Position numbers and translations under genes: made by a program. The notes beneath the pieces were generated by a model, which did no database searches, had not been told where the DNA came from, and saw nothing but the letters and a program-made list of their open reading frames with translations. Below are positions 40,238 through 53,611 of a stretch of 64,000 nt of DNA, piece after piece. The DNA lies in NCBI GenBank assembly GCA_000388065.2, contig KB932201.1; one strand, written 5' to 3'. The DNA is from Fonticula alba ATCC 38817. Its lineage: Eukaryota; Protista; Nucleariida. The stretch's first letter is position 1. The number at the start of each line of letters is the position of its first letter.

Positions 40238-43200
40238 TGTCCGTCAGCGGGCCGGCACGCGTCAGGGGAGGGGCGCGGTGGGAGGGGCCCGGCGAAGGCC
40301 GTCTCCCTGGGGCTTGGCCCAAAGGGCGGGGGCTTTTGCCGCGACAAAACCACGTACATGCCAGCCCAGCCGGACGAATTGAAGCAGCCATTCGGCCGCC
40401 CGGTCGACACGGATCAAGCCGCATCCCTGGGACAGACGCTAGGCGGGGGGAGATATTTCTCGTGTCAGTGACAGATCCTTCGGCCTGGCTGCTGCCACAG
40501 GGCGGCCATGCCCACGGGAGGGGGGGGGAGGGGCCGGGGAGGACCGGCGCGAGGGCCACAACGTCTTCCCGCATGTCGGGGCTGCCCCCACCACCGGACG
40601 GGTGGCCTCTTCCCCGGCCGGCCCCCTTGCTCCCTGTGCCACCGGCCAGGGCGGGCAGGGCAGCGCCTGGCGAGCAGTGCGGCCGGCGGCACCCCCCCCC
40701 CCCCCCGCCCCCCGCCCCCCGTCTTCCGGGCGCACGCACCTCAGCTCCTCGAACCGGCCGGGCGGTGTTTTCCAGAGCCCGGCGCAGGACCGCCGGCAGG
40801 ACGCGCTCACGCGGGCAGCGCCGCCGCCCGTGCGCATCGCCACAGGTGCCCGGGGCCCGGGGCCGGCCGAACAGGCCATGGGTGTTGGCCGCCTCGCGGC
40901 CGGAGCACGCGCACCCGGGCTGCAGGTGGCGATCGGGCCCGGCGCCCGCGCCGCGGCCGGCCGACAGCTCGGGCGTCCCGCGCACGAAGCTGATCAGGCA
41001 GGCGGCCGCCCCGGCCACCAGCGGCGCGGCGATCGAGGTGCCGCTCTTCAGCAAGAAGCCGCCGGTGGTGCCGAGCGGGTCGCGCAGCAGCAGGCCCGCA
41101 TTGGAGGCCCCGGGCCCAAGGAGCCCATAGCGCCCGGCCCCGACCAGGGCCATGCCCGGGGCCACCACGCCCGGGCCTTGGGCAAACTGCGGGCCGGCCG
41201 CCGGGCCGGTGGCCGTGAAGGGAAAGACCGCCCCGGGGGCCAGGCCATCGCGGCACTGCTGGGCAAAGTCCTCCTCCCAGCCCGGGCTCCCGGGCACGGT
41301 GGCCTGGCTGAGGTGCGCGCGCTCGAGCTCCAGCAGCCGGGCCATCGGGTCGTCCGGGTCCATGTCCGGCTCCGGGCCCGGCGAGGCGGCCAGCTTCGGG
41401 TAGATGCCCGGCCCGGGCCCGGGGCCGGCCGGCCGCGAGCACATGTTCAGCTCCGAGGTGACGGCCTCATGGGTGAGGGCTTGCATTTGGCTGCTGAGGT
41501 AGGCGCCCACCGGGAGGACGGTGGCCGCGCCGTAGGCCCCGCCCGGGGCCCCGCAGGACCCCATCAGCGGCCCGCGATTGCCGGCGCTGCACACCACCAG
41601 CACCCCGGCCCGGCGGGCCTCGGCAAAGGCGGCATACAGCCCGGCGGCCGGGGTGCCGGCGGCCGGGCCGGCCCCGGTCGCCCCGCAGTCCGGGCCCCAC
41701 CGGACCTCCTCGCCGTAGGACATGTTGATGATGTCGGCGCCGAGGGCCACCGCCAGGCGGACGGCGCGTGCCACGGCGCGCGAGCATTCCACCCCGTCCA
41801 CCCAGACGCCGCTGCTGGCCGGCGGCTCATCCTGCAGGCCGGTGTACGGGGCCGCCGGGCCGGGGGAAATCCGCAGGGACAGGAGCTGGGCCGCCGGGGC
41901 GGCGCCCCCGCGCGCCGGCGCATCCGGATGATGCCCGGCCAGCAGGGCGGCCACATTGGTGCCATGCTCGCTGGACGCCGTCACCAGGCACACGGTGTCC
42001 GGCAGGTCCGACGCCAGGGCCCCGGCGGCGGTGTCCCCCCCCGGCCGGGCGGTGGGGCTGCTCGGGTGGGTGGCCATGGCCAGCAGGGCCGCCGGCCGCA
42101 GCGGCGACCGCGGATCCTCCGCCAGCCCCGGGGTCATGGGCGAGAGGGCCGCCTCGGCCCCCGGGGCCAGGCCATTCGGCTGGCTGGTGAAGTCGCCGAA
42201 GTCCACGGTGAAGTTGATGGCGCGGCCGATGTCCCCCGAGCCGGCCGGGGCCAGCTGGGAAAAGCCATGCTCGTGGCCTGGCAAATGGCCGATGGTTAGT
42301 GTCGAGGCGGCGTGTGGCTTACGGGGTTGTTTTTCTTTTTCTTTTTTTTCCACTTTCCCCGCCCTGTGACAAGGCGGTCCCCTGACCGACCGGCAGACCC
42401 CGGCGAGGAGACCCCACAACCAGCCCGGCTGGCCCTTCCCCCCTCGGCGTGTCCCCTGCGCTCGGTCGCCACCCTGCCCGCCCTGCCCGGTGGGGGGCGC
42501 CATCCGTCGGCGCGGGCAGCGGCCCGCCCGGGCATGCCGCCTTCACGTACGGAAGCTGGCCAGCGGCATGCGCTGGAGCAGGCTGCCGGTGCATGTGGTG
42601 TCGACCACGGCACGCAGGAGCCCCGTGCGCGAGCACCGGAACACCACAACATCCATGATCGGGCCCGGGTCGGCGGGGGCCGTGGCTTCGACCAGCTGCT
42701 CCAGCGCATCCAGCTGGGTCAGGAGCTCGGCGGCGGTGGGTGTCCCGGGCGGCGGCACGGCGGCGGCCGCGGCGGCGGGGGCGGCGGCACCGCCGCCCCC
42801 GCCGGCCCCGGGGCCCAGCACCGGCGGGTCCAGGAGCCCGGCCCGGCGGGCGCTTTCCGAGGCGCCGCGATTGGCGAACAGGTGGTGCAGCTCCACGAGC
42901 TGCCGCGCGGCGTCTGCCAACTCCTCGGCATCGATGCGCTGAGTCCGGCCCCGGGCACGGACCTGCGACCGGAGCCGGCAAAGGGCCGACAGCACGGTCG
43001 AAGCGAATTGCGTCCGGCGCCGGGCGCGGTCCTCCTTGGGCCGGTGAATGGGATGCCGGTCAGTGGAAATGCCTTTGCCATGGAAAGGGCGGCAGACAGG
43101 GGGGGAGGGGCCGAGGAGAAGGGCAGGGGTCCTGGCGGTCTCCGAGTGGGCTCTGGCCACTGGCTGCGGCTGCTTTGCGCGCGCGCGCGCGCGCGGGGAG

Positions 43201-45751
43201 AGGGGAGGAGGGCGGCAAGCCCGGCACGCCGGGGGGGGGGGGGGGACCCCCTTCCGAGGGATGGCCACGTACTTTGTCCTTGCGCACGGCCCAGCGGGGG
43301 AAGAGGGTCCATGCGCGGACCACTCCCAGGGCCACCGGGCTGCCCCGGGCCAGGCCCCAGCTGCTGGGCAGGCGAATCTGGCGGCCCGTCAGGCCTACGG
43401 TGACCAGGATCCCGGGCTCGGCCGGGCATGCGTCCAGCTCGACCACCGACGACAGGGGGACTTGGATGGTCGTGCGGGGAGAAGGCCCGGCAGGGGGTGG
43501 GGCCGGCGCGCCGGGGGCGAGGAGCGTCAGGGCATGTCGGCGACATGGATGGCACAATGGCGAGCAGGGGCTGCGCGGGGCAGCGGCCCGGGCCCGGCTA
43601 CGGGGGGGGCGCTTGCCCGCAGGGGGCGCGGGAAATCGGGCCCCGGAGCAGGCCACCGGTCAACGTACCCTCCCCGGTGCGGCTGCAGTCGATGATGTCG
43701 ATGATCTTCGGTGGACGGGGGTAGGCCGAGTTCCGCGGGACGGCGCAATACTGAAGCCCCGGAGCGCCGGGATCGATGCCGGTGTCGATGACGGCAATGA
43801 CCGTCCCATCGCCATAGGCCGCCGGGGAGCGGTCCTGCAAGCGGAGCAGCTCCACCTCGGCCCGGGGCAGGAGAGCCGCCTCGTGGAGCAGCGGATGCTC
43901 CCCCGGGCAGGCGGCCGGCCGGGGGTAGGCCGGGCCGCCGGGGGTCCCGGAGACCGGGTCATATGGAGCCGGGACCGGGGGCGCCCGGCCGCCGGCCGTC
44001 GGCGACAAGATCGACGAGCCGGCGCTCGGGCTGATGGGGGTCGTGGCGGTGGCGGTGGCGGTGGCGGCGGCCGCGCCGGCCGCCCCGCGCTGGCTGACGT
44101 CCGCCCAGTTGAGCATATCCCGCAGGGGATCATCGAAGGAGCCGGTGCGGGCGTCCCGCGGCCCGCCGAAGGTCGGGTAGCCGCTGGGTCCCACGGAGAC
44201 CGTGGCCGCGCCGCGGCGAGCCGCCTCACTGCCGCCACCATCGCCGGCCAGCCGGTGCCCCGGGGCCAGGGATGTGTCCTGGTCGCCGGACAGCAGCCGC
44301 GTGCGGAATTCCCGCAGCCGGAGCTGCTGCCCGTCAGCATGGGGCCCCCCGGGCCCGGGGAGGGCGGCCGACGGGGGCGACACCTGGGCCAACAGCAGTT
44401 GGTCTGTGCTCCGCGACCCCTTGCGATTCCACTGGCCGAGGCCGGGCCCGGGCCCGGCGCCATTGGCAGGGCCCGGCCGTGGGGCCGGGTGCGCCTGCGG
44501 CGCCTCCACCGCCCCGGCCAATGCCATGCCATGCGGCCGGGTGTACGGGCCCGATGGCGGGTAGGGCCCGGCCTCAGGGTGCCCATACGAAGTGGGGTGG
44601 CTGCCCGGGTCCCCGGCAGGGCCGGGCTCCAGCTGCAGGGCATCCAACGGCGCGGAGGTCCTGCGTGCGAGGAACTTCTCGCGCAAATTTCGCCCCTCGG
44701 CCGGGGCGCTGCCCGGGGCGCCGATGGCCGGGTCGCCGGGGTGCGGGCCGCCGACCAGACGCCGGCCGGATGCGGCCGCCGCGGCGATCTCCTCGTCCAG
44801 GGCCACCGGCCGGACGAAGCTCATCTCATTCGGGTCCCGGAGGATGCTGTCGCGCTCGCGGCTGTATGTGCTCTCCGTCAGGGACCGGTACTTCCGGCCC
44901 GCATCAGCGCGGGGTTAGTGGCCCTGCCGGGCGACGAGCGATGCCCCACCACCTGGGCGTACCTCGGCGAAATGCACCGGCGGCTGGGGCATCGGGCCAT
45001 TTGCCGCAGAGCCTGGCCCTGCGGGGTACCCCTGTCCCGGATGCATGGGCATGGCCAAGTGCGGCGGGGCGGCATGCTGCTGTGCGTAGGGGTACGGGTC
45101 GCCGCCTGCCGGGGGGAGGTGCCCGGGGGGGGGGTGGTGGTGATAGTGCCCCGTGGCGACTGGATGGTGGAGATTCGGCGGCGCAAATGCCTGGTGGAAG
45201 TGCGACTGCTGGGCCGGCTGCTGCGGGAAGGCCCGCTGCTCCTGCCCCATGTGGGGAACCTCTGTCAGGGGGTAATCCTGGGCATAGGGATGTTGCGGAT
45301 GATACGGGTGCTGGGGCGTGGCCGGCTGCGAGGCCCAGGTCCCTGGCGGCGTCGGGGTCGGCGGCAGTGGCTCCACATCATGCGCCATGGCCATGGCCGC
45401 GCCGGGGCCCGCCGGAGCCGGGGATTGCAGCAACACGGGCCCAGACTCCGGGGCCGGGGTGGGTGGCTGTGTGCGGGCGCCTGCCTCGTCGGCCGGCGGC
45501 CTGGGCGACCGGTCGGTCGGCCCCGAGGCCGGGGACTCCCGGAAGCGCGGCGTGAGAGACCCGAAGAGCTTCTTCCGGGACTTGGGCGCTGTCTCGGCCC
45601 CGGTGGCGGCGGCCCCCACCGGACGCAGCCCCTCATGGGGAGAGCCGACATTCGAGCTGCTTTCGGCCGGCGTGGCGGGCGATTCGCCCCCGGGCCCGGC
45701 ACCAAGAGCCGGGCTCCGACCCAAGCGGAGCCTATCTCTTAGACGCGACAT
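35453..45751 (-). CDS. TPP2: Tripeptidyl-peptidase II (subtilase), greatly expanded, multi-exon
   Basis: Catalytic VIAVIDTGIDPGAPG (Asp), EHGTNVA (His), KSGTSIAAP (Ser) and oxyanion CSAGNRGP. Also VGLTGRQIRLPSSW, DIINMSYGE, RRALENTA, QGCGLIRVDRA, TFLQVPAG and WELCIAR, which align in order with TPP2. Confidence 0.88.
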
Positions 45752-46473
45752 TCCGATCGGACTGACCGGCGAAAGGCCCTGGCACGACGCAGCGGGGGGA
45801 GGGGGCAGGGGGAGGGGGAGAGCAAGCCTTCCGGCCGGGCAAAGGGAGCACCTCCGTCGATGGAGCGACTCGACACGGCTATGCTACGGGCCCGAAGAAG
45901 GTGTCTCGCGGGCGAAGGAGCGCGGGTGGGGCGCGTAAGGCGAGAGCGAGAGCGAGAGAGAGAGAGAGAGAGAGAGGGCGAGGAAGAAACTGAAAAACCG
46001 TCTGGAGTGTGCCTCTTGATTGGCCGAGATGCTGTGCACGCCGATAATACCGGCTCACCGGCCTTCCCCCGTCGGGAAGACGCGGTAGCCGTGGCATCTC
46101 CCCAGAGCACACGGGGCGGAGTGTGAAACACTCTGTGCGTGCCATCACCATATGTCGCGCCCTCCCCCCCCCCCTCGGCCGACCTCTCCGTGGCTCGGTC
46201 TCGGCAAGGGGCGATCTGCTTGTGGGTTATGTTTTGCATGGCTAGCCCATTAATTGTGGGCCTGCCTGGCTTCCCGGCCCGTCGGCCGGCGCCCGAGAGA
46301 GTGCCCGGCACGGCCAGGCGTGCATGCGCAAGCAACCTCGCCGCTCCCTCCGAGCCATGCAAATTCGCTCGGCGGGCGATTTGCCCCCGGGGGTGGCTCT
46401 TCTACCCAGGCTGCGTTACGCTTGTCCCTGGGGGCACAAAACGATCGTTCTCCAAAACCGTGCGTTGGCAGCG

Positions 46474-46500
46474 TGGCGCTAATTTGAATTCCCGCCCGCC
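46474..46500 (+). promoter_or_regulatory. Putative CDE/CHR plus E2F-like element upstream of DDX11
   Basis: TGGCG-ctaa-TTTGAA-TTCCCGCCCGC lies ~350 bp upstream of the DDX11 ATG. Motif match only. Confidence 0.3.
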
Positions 46501-46848
46501 GGCATTTTGGATGAGCCGAGGGCCGCCCCGTGCCCCGGCCCAAGCGCTGTGGATCTTCCCCGGGGTCACCCAACCCCCTGCTTCGGATCCCGCCTTTTCC
46601 TTCGGGGGGGGGGNNNNNNNNNNNNNNNNNNNNNNNNNNNNNNNNNNNNNNNNNNNNNNNNNNNNNNNNNNNNNNNNNNNNNNNNNNNNNNNNNNNNNNN
46701 NNNNNNGGGGGGGGCAAGCGGCCAGGGCAGGAGGAGCAGCGCCGGCAGAAATCCCACATACGCGAATCTCCGCGAGGAAGGCCAGAGAAGTTCAAAGCAG
46801 ATCCCCAGACCCCCCTCCTCCTCCCCTCTCTCTCTCTCACACACACAC

Positions 46849-49800
46849 ATGGACCTTTGTAGACGGGAAGGCACCGGCGCTCGGCCTGGCGGCCCGGCCA
46901 GGCAGGTCCCAAAACTCGAGGGCGCCCTCCATCGGCTGGCCACGCCCGAGCGCTTTGCCTTTCCCTTCGCCGAGCCGTACCCCGGCCAGATGGCCCTCAT
47001 GCGCGCGATCTATGCCACGGCTGAGGCCGGGGATGTCGGGCTGTTTGAGAGCCCAACCGGCACCGTACGATGACCCTCCGCGCCTTGGTGGCGGCCCTCG
47101 TCGGTCGTACTTGGTCAGGGGCGACGCGGGGGCCGGGGCACAATGGGCGCCGGGAACACCCTTCTCCCTCTGGCCTCTCCTTTCCACTCACTCGTTCTGT
47201 GTTCCTCTCTCTCTCGCGCGCGCGCGCGCGCGCGCGTGCGCGCGTGCGCGCGCCCTCTGCCGTTTCCTGGCTCCCCTTTGACGCGACGCACCATCCCCAG
47301 GGCAAGTCTCTGAGTTTGATTTGCGGCGCCGCAACGTGGCTTTTCGACCGGTTGGAGATGGCCGACCAATTGGCCGAGCAAGATCCCTCCAATGAGCGAT
47401 CGGACTTGCGGGCACTGGCTGGTCCGTGTATGTGCCCTTTTCCCCTGGCTCCGCCTATCTGCCCTCCCCTGTGGTGCTTCTTGTCGGCCATCCACAACGA
47501 CCAGCCCATTGACCGCCATCCCTTACAGGCGGCTCGCCCGGGCCGGTCGGCGACACGCCCTCCTGGCTGAGCGGCCAACTGCGCCGGCGGCAGGCCGAGC
47601 GCATGCGCGAGCAGTGTGCCCAGCGCCGGCGCACGCGACACCAAGTCGCCCGCCGCGTGGCCGACAGCTGTCGGGCCCTGTCCCGCGAGGGCTCGCGAAC
47701 ATGTCCACCCGCTGACCGGCGTCCGGTCGATCCTGCCTCCGCCACCGAGGCTGATCCCTTTCTCATCGAGGACCCCACTGAGGGCGAGCCTCCCGGCTCA
47801 ACGGCCCCGGCCAGCCTTCGCGCGGAGCGGCTACTCTTTCCATCTGGCGGGCCTGGGTATGACGCCACTGGGAACGCCCATCCCCGCCCATCCCCCCCTC
47901 CCCCCCCCCCCCTTCGGACAGCTGGTGACTAATTCCCAATCTCCCCTCGTGCGGTCTGCTCGCGCCCTCCTCGTGCCTGTGGCCCTTCCCATGTGTTCCT
48001 CCGCCCTATCACTCCCGGGGCATTTTAGGGGCCTCTTCTCCGACTCGGAGACCGAGTCCGATGGGGAGGACGATGGGGGCGACTCGCGATCGGGCCTCGG
48101 CCACGCGGGCGACCCGCAAATCATCTATGCCTCGAGGACACACTCGCAAATCAGCCAATTTGTGGGCGAGATCGCACGGACATCCTTCGCTTCGGCCCTG
48201 CGCGTGGTCACCCTGGCCTCGCGCAAGAGCCTTTGCATCAACCCGGAGGTGAATGTCCCCGGCCGGGCAGCGGCCCAAGTGAATGACCACTGTGCGGACC
48301 TGCTTGGCGGCAAGGGGAAGTGCTCCTTCCATGGGGACGCCACGCGCACGCAGCAGGTCGGCGATCTGCTCCAAGCGTCACGGTCGTGTGCCGGCACGGC
48401 CCGCAGCCTGGGCCAGCGTCTTGGCGCCTGTCCGTATTTCGGTGCTCGAGCGGCGGCGGCCTCTGCCCACATCGTGTGTGTCCCATACTCGGTCCTGCTG
48501 TCGGCTCCAACTCGCCGAGCAGCCGGGCTCCGGCTCCGTGGCCGTCTGGTGCTCATCGATGAGGCGCACAATGTGTGCGACGCCGTGGCCGCGGCGCACT
48601 CGGTCACCCTGAGCCTGGGCACCCTCGGCACCTGTCTTGGCCAAGTGTCCCAATACCTGGCCCGGTATATGACACGGCTGGGCCCGGTGTCGGTGGTGCG
48701 CGTGCGCGAGCTTCACCACGTCGCACGCATCCTCATCCGCCACCTGCAGGGAAGCGCCTCCGGCCCGGCTTCCCCGGGGGCCGCCGCACAAAGCGAGGCC
48801 ATTCTCACCAGCCACGACCTCCTGCGCGTCACCGGTCTCGACGCCTTGAACATCCCTCGGCTGCTGGATTTCCTTCGCCAGTCGCGCCTTCCACAGAAGG
48901 TACATCCCGCCTTGATGGCCGGCCCCCTTGCCCCTGCCAAACGTGGCTCATGCTGGCAAGTGCCCTTCCAGCGTGCCCCCTTGCCCTCGTCCCTCGCCTC
49001 TCACACGCATTTGCACACCCACACACACATACATGCCTTCATACATACATGCATCTCCGCATACGCGCATGCACGAATCGATGGCGGCTGCATGCATCCC
49101 CATCCACAGCTCCAAGGCTTCGTCGAAGCAACTGATGGCCCGGAGGTGGCCATTACCGATCGCGGCCCCCCGAAGCAGCGCTCAGCCGCCGCCACATTTC
49201 AGGTGGTTTCTTTTTTGGAGTGTCTACTGCACGCTGACGCTTCTGGCCGGATTGTCCTGTCTCGAGCACCAGCCGGTGCGCCTGTCGCGATGATGCGCTC
49301 CCTCCTCGGGCTGATGCTCTCTTCGGCGAATCTGCCCTCGTTTTCCTTCCGCCCCCTCTCACACGGACACACAATTGTCCATATGTATCTCACTCTCCTC
49401 GTTCTGTCCTTTTCCGCCCCCTCGCCCTTTCCTCTGGCAATGGGCGCGGCCATGGCCACAGACGACAGCCGGACATCCTATCGGTATATCCTGCTTGATG
49501 TTGAGGCGAAATTCATGGAATTGGTGGCTGAGGCGCGCTCGGTCATCCTGGTCGGCGGCACTCTTCGACCTGTGCGCTTTTTTCCTGCTTCTCCCGGCTG
49601 CCCTCCTCTGCTCGCCGCCCCATCGCCTCACCGAGGCCCGGATGCACTAATCCACCAATCGTCCCCATCTCCTGCCCCCTTTGCCTGGGGAAAAAAAAAG
49701 ACCGACCTACTCCGGCAGCAGCTCCTCCGGTCACACCCGGCAGATCGCATCCGCGAGCTGGCATGTCCGCACGTTGTGGGACCGGAGGCGCTGCTGGCTC

Positions 49801-51274
49801 GATCACTTGGCTCGATTGCCCCCGGCTCACCCCTGCGTCTGGTGGCCGATAGTTGGGCGGCCGACCGGGCGCCCACCACCCTGGCCGATGTTGGCCAGGT
49901 GGTTGCTGCCGTGGCCCGCGCCGCGCCAGATGGCTTGGTTGTCTTTTTCCCCTCCTTCGCCGCGCTCTTCGCCACGACTGATGCCTGGCGGGCCTCGGCG
50001 GGCATTTTCCATCAGCTCCATGCCATCAAGGAGGTATGCCCTGGTGTCGGGTCCCCCCTTTTTTTTTTTTTTCGCCCCTCCTCCCCCTCCTGCGTAGCCC
50101 CACTCCCCGGATGTCCCCACTGACACCCGGCAACCGGGCACGCATGTGACACATAGATCTTCATCGAGCCACGCGACTCGGCCCAGCTGGATGGCACCTT
50201 GAAGGCATATGCGGCCTCGGTCGCTCGGCACGGCTCAGGTGCAGCCACCCCTGTCGGGACACGCAACGGCGCCATGCTGCTCTGCGTGATGGGCGGCAAA
50301 TTGAGCGAGGGCATCAACTTCGCCGACCACTTAGGCCGGTTCGTGGCCACCTTCTGCGCTTCTTTTCTTTTTTTTTCTTGCCTGGCACCTATGCTCCATC
50401 ACCAGGGCCACATTTTCCTTGCCGGGCCTCGGCCTCCCTTCCTAATCCCCTGCTAGAGCGGTCATTGTCCTGGGGCTACCCTACCCGAATAAGCACTCGG
50501 TTGAGCTGCGCGAGAAGATGGCTTTCCTCGACTCCTTGAAGCGAGTGCGTCCTTGCATGTGTTGCTTTTCCGCTCCCCCCCCCCTCCCCTTCACCCCTTT
50601 GCTGGACTCTGTCCACAAGGCCCCGTGCCCTGACCTCCCAAGTCATGCTTTGTGTAGGGCCGGTTGTCGGAGCTTTTCTACGAGGATCTGTGCATGAGGT
50701 CGGTGGCCCAGTCGATTGGTCGGGTTCTGCGCCACCAAAACGACTATGCGGCCATTGTCCTGGTCGATGTGCGGTACAACTCCCCACGCGTACTGTCCCG
50801 GATCCCACAGTGGGTGGTGGAGCTGGGCCAATTGCGGCACCTTGGTGGCGGGGCGTCGTCAGCCGAGACCCCCTCTGGGCCGGAGCCCCTCCGCGCTTTG
50901 ACTGCAGCTATCACCGAGGTACGCGCGGACATCCCACCCCGAGGCCATTCCTCAGCCGCTCTCGCTTTGTCCCTTGTCCTTGTGCACACACACGCACAGG
51001 GAGAGAGAGAGAGAGAGACACGCACACACACACACACACACACACACCTATCCTCCGCCCCTGACAACTCTGCCCGGTGCGCCTTCGTTTGATCACAAAA
51101 CACCCTGGGAATATGTTTGGATTTGGGCGGAAATAATCCTCTGCTGGTGTGCATCTCGATCGGCCACAACCGGCTGACTGGGCACAGTTTTTCGACCGGA
51201 GAGAGCACACCGCGAAGCGAGACTTGGGTAGGCCCAACGACCAGGGCCAGCCCAAGCGACTTCGGCACGACTAG
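46849..51274 (+). CDS. DDX11: DDX11/Chl1 Fe-S DNA helicase, multi-exon
   Basis: FPFAEPYPGQ, GLFESPTGT/GKSLSLIC, IIYASRTHSQISQF, four Fe-S Cys (LCINP, NDHC, KCSF, CPY), DEAHN, GGTLRP, VFFPSF, GGKLSEGINFAD and QSIGRVLRH. Last exon reads FFDRR...PKRLRHD*. Confidence 0.92.
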
Positions 51275-51295
51275 AACAGCCAATGACACAGCCAC

Positions 51296-51326
51296 ACAAT
51301 GCAATGCAATGCAATGCAATGCAATG
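51296..51326. repeat. (GCAAT)n pentanucleotide repeat between the convergent DDX11 and PCYT2 stop codons
   Basis: acaatgcaatgcaatgcaatgcaatgcaatg seen directly. Confidence 0.9.
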
Positions 51327-51356
51327 GACTCTCGGTCACCCGACAGACATCGGTAT

Positions 51357-53301
51357 CTAGCTCTGGTTCTGGGCCGAGAGGAGCTGCTCCTCGACGGCGG
51401 CCTTCTGGTCCTTACGGCGATTGCGCTCCTCGTAGCTACGTGGCGGCAAGTCAATACACGGAAGGCATGGGCGCAGGAAGCATGGGAAAGAGGGATGGCA
51501 GAGATCTAGCCAGGAAAGACGCACACGCTGCGGCGGTTGATGATCCGGCGGATGACATCCTCCGAGGTGACAGCCGACAATTCGACATCAATGGCGTCCT
51601 TGCCAGCCGGCGCAAGCACACGCTGGAAGATGCCACGCTCGCGAGCCGTCTGCGGAAAGGGGACAAACAGGGCGAGTGAGCAAGCGGGAAGCGGACCCCA
51701 GGAGGCAAGGAGGGAGCGGGGCGACACAAGGGGAGGACAGAGAGAAGGAGAAGAAGGAAACCAGACAAGGGACAGGCACGCACGGCATACGGATCGGAGC
51801 CATCAACATCGGGGATGGTGTCGGTCTGGCCATGGGCAACGACCGCCACACCGCCGACGTCCTTGAAGTGCTCGAGGACCACATCGTCCACACTGTATGG
51901 GGCCCCGATGATGACCTCATCAACGAAGCGGCAGCTCAGAACACCGAGCGTGCGCTCATACAGGTTCATGATGGGCATGTTGTTGCCCTTAATGCGATTG
52001 ACAGTCTGCTCGCGGCCGGCACACCAGGCCAGGCAAGTGGAGGACGGACGCAGGGGAGGGGGGGCGAGGAGAAATGAGCACATGTCAGAGGGTGAGGGGA
52101 GGAGGAGGAGGAGGAGGAGGAGAAGGAGGAGGCAGTCAAGAGGCGGGCATACCTGGTCATCCTGCACCGCGACAACCAGGTAGTCACCGAGAGCACGCGC
52201 GCGCTCAAGGAAACGGATGTGCCCGACATGGAACAGGTCAAAGGCACCGGACACCAGGACAATGCGGGCACCAGGCGCGGGGCCGCCCTCCGGGAAAAGA
52301 GGCGAAATGGTCTTGGACTTGGGGCGGTAGTGGCTGACGCGCGTGGCAGGGATGCCGCAAGAGGCCTGCATGCACACAGAACAAACGCGGACGCGGACGC
52401 AGATGCCCGGGCAGTAGGGAGAGTCAGGAGGGAGAGCAGGGGGGAAAATGGAGAGGAAGGGACACGAAAGGGACCATGCACATCAAGGAGAGTCAGCAAA
52501 GGACCAGGCGCAAGGAGCGAGAGCCACAATTGGCCAGCACATGACGTACAGCCGCAAAGTCCTGCAGCTGCGTGGCAGCCAGAGAGGACATGCCAAGGAT
52601 GGACTCCTGGTCATCATCCACCGGCTTGGTGAAATGCTCCCGAGTGCAGAGAAGCATGCGGCCAACCAGGTCAGTGGTAGACACGCCCTCGGTGCGCTTG
52701 AACTCACTGGGCATGAGCGGGGGGGGGGGGAGGGGCCAAGTCAGTTAGCCCTGGGCCCGGCGCGCCAATCGGACACCGCCATGCGGACATGGGTGGGAAA
52801 GCAGCGGAGAAAGGCATGAGGCCCCCTGCGGCAGGGGGGCACTTACGCACATGTATTTGCCGGCCTCCTTGACGCGCCAGTAGGTGTCGCGTCCATCGGC
52901 GCTGCTGGTGATATCATCACCGTGGGCCACCCAATCGGCGCCCTCGGCCTCAACGACCTCCAGCTCGGTGACATACGGCGACGCCTCGACCACGCGGTCG
53001 ACCCACTTGCAGCCGCGCACCGCTTCATAGCGCTCGCGCTCCTGCATCACGGTCGGGCCCTTGTGGTGGGCGATGTCCTCGTCGGAGTGCACACCGACGA
53101 TGAGCTGCGTGCCGAGAGCGCGCGCCTGGCGCATGGCATTCGCATGGCCGAAGTGCATCATGTCGAAGCATCCATCGACCCAGATGCTAGGGCGGCAGGG
53201 AAACAGGGGTAAGAGGGGGAACTAGGGTGACAAGAGGACAGCCGTGGCACATACACAGAGCCCTTGGTGGGGGCGGTGGAGGCGGAGGCGGCCGCGGGCA
53301 T
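51357..53301 (-). CDS. PCYT2: Ethanolamine-phosphate cytidylyltransferase (two CTP-transferase domains)
   Basis: [45 protein letters not shown], then a second domain [37 protein letters not shown]. Ends YEERNRRK...*. Confidence 0.93.
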
Positions 53302-53611
53302 GGTGGAAAGGAAGGAGTGAAGGGGGGGGGGGAGGACAAGAGCAAAGACGGGGCAAACGGAATGGGCGAGAGGGGGAGGTGGCGGAGTCCGTTGCATCCT
53401 CCCTTCTCCGGGCCTGTGCCCTGTGCCGCCGACGGAAATAAGGACCGCTGCGATCCCGGATGATGCCGGCTCGGGGGGTGGGGGGGGGGGAGGGGTGCTC
53501 CATGCATGCCAATACCGGTGCATCCAAGATTTACACGCAATTGGGGCATGCACGCCAGCTGACCCCACACAAACACTGCCCAGCGGAGCTCTTGACTAAC
53601 CGATTCCCCAG

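Noticed and set aside
42740-45742. 1000-aa plus-strand ORF, and similar long ORFs such as 20401-22239, 39397-41130 and 40602-42299
   Set aside because: Antisense shadows of the GC-rich TPP2 and DNA2 exons; Arg/Gly/Pro-biased with no motifs.
16462-51274. Two Fe-S DNA enzymes (DNA2 and DDX11) in one window
   Set aside because: They are more than 20 kb apart with unrelated genes between them; no evidence of linkage.
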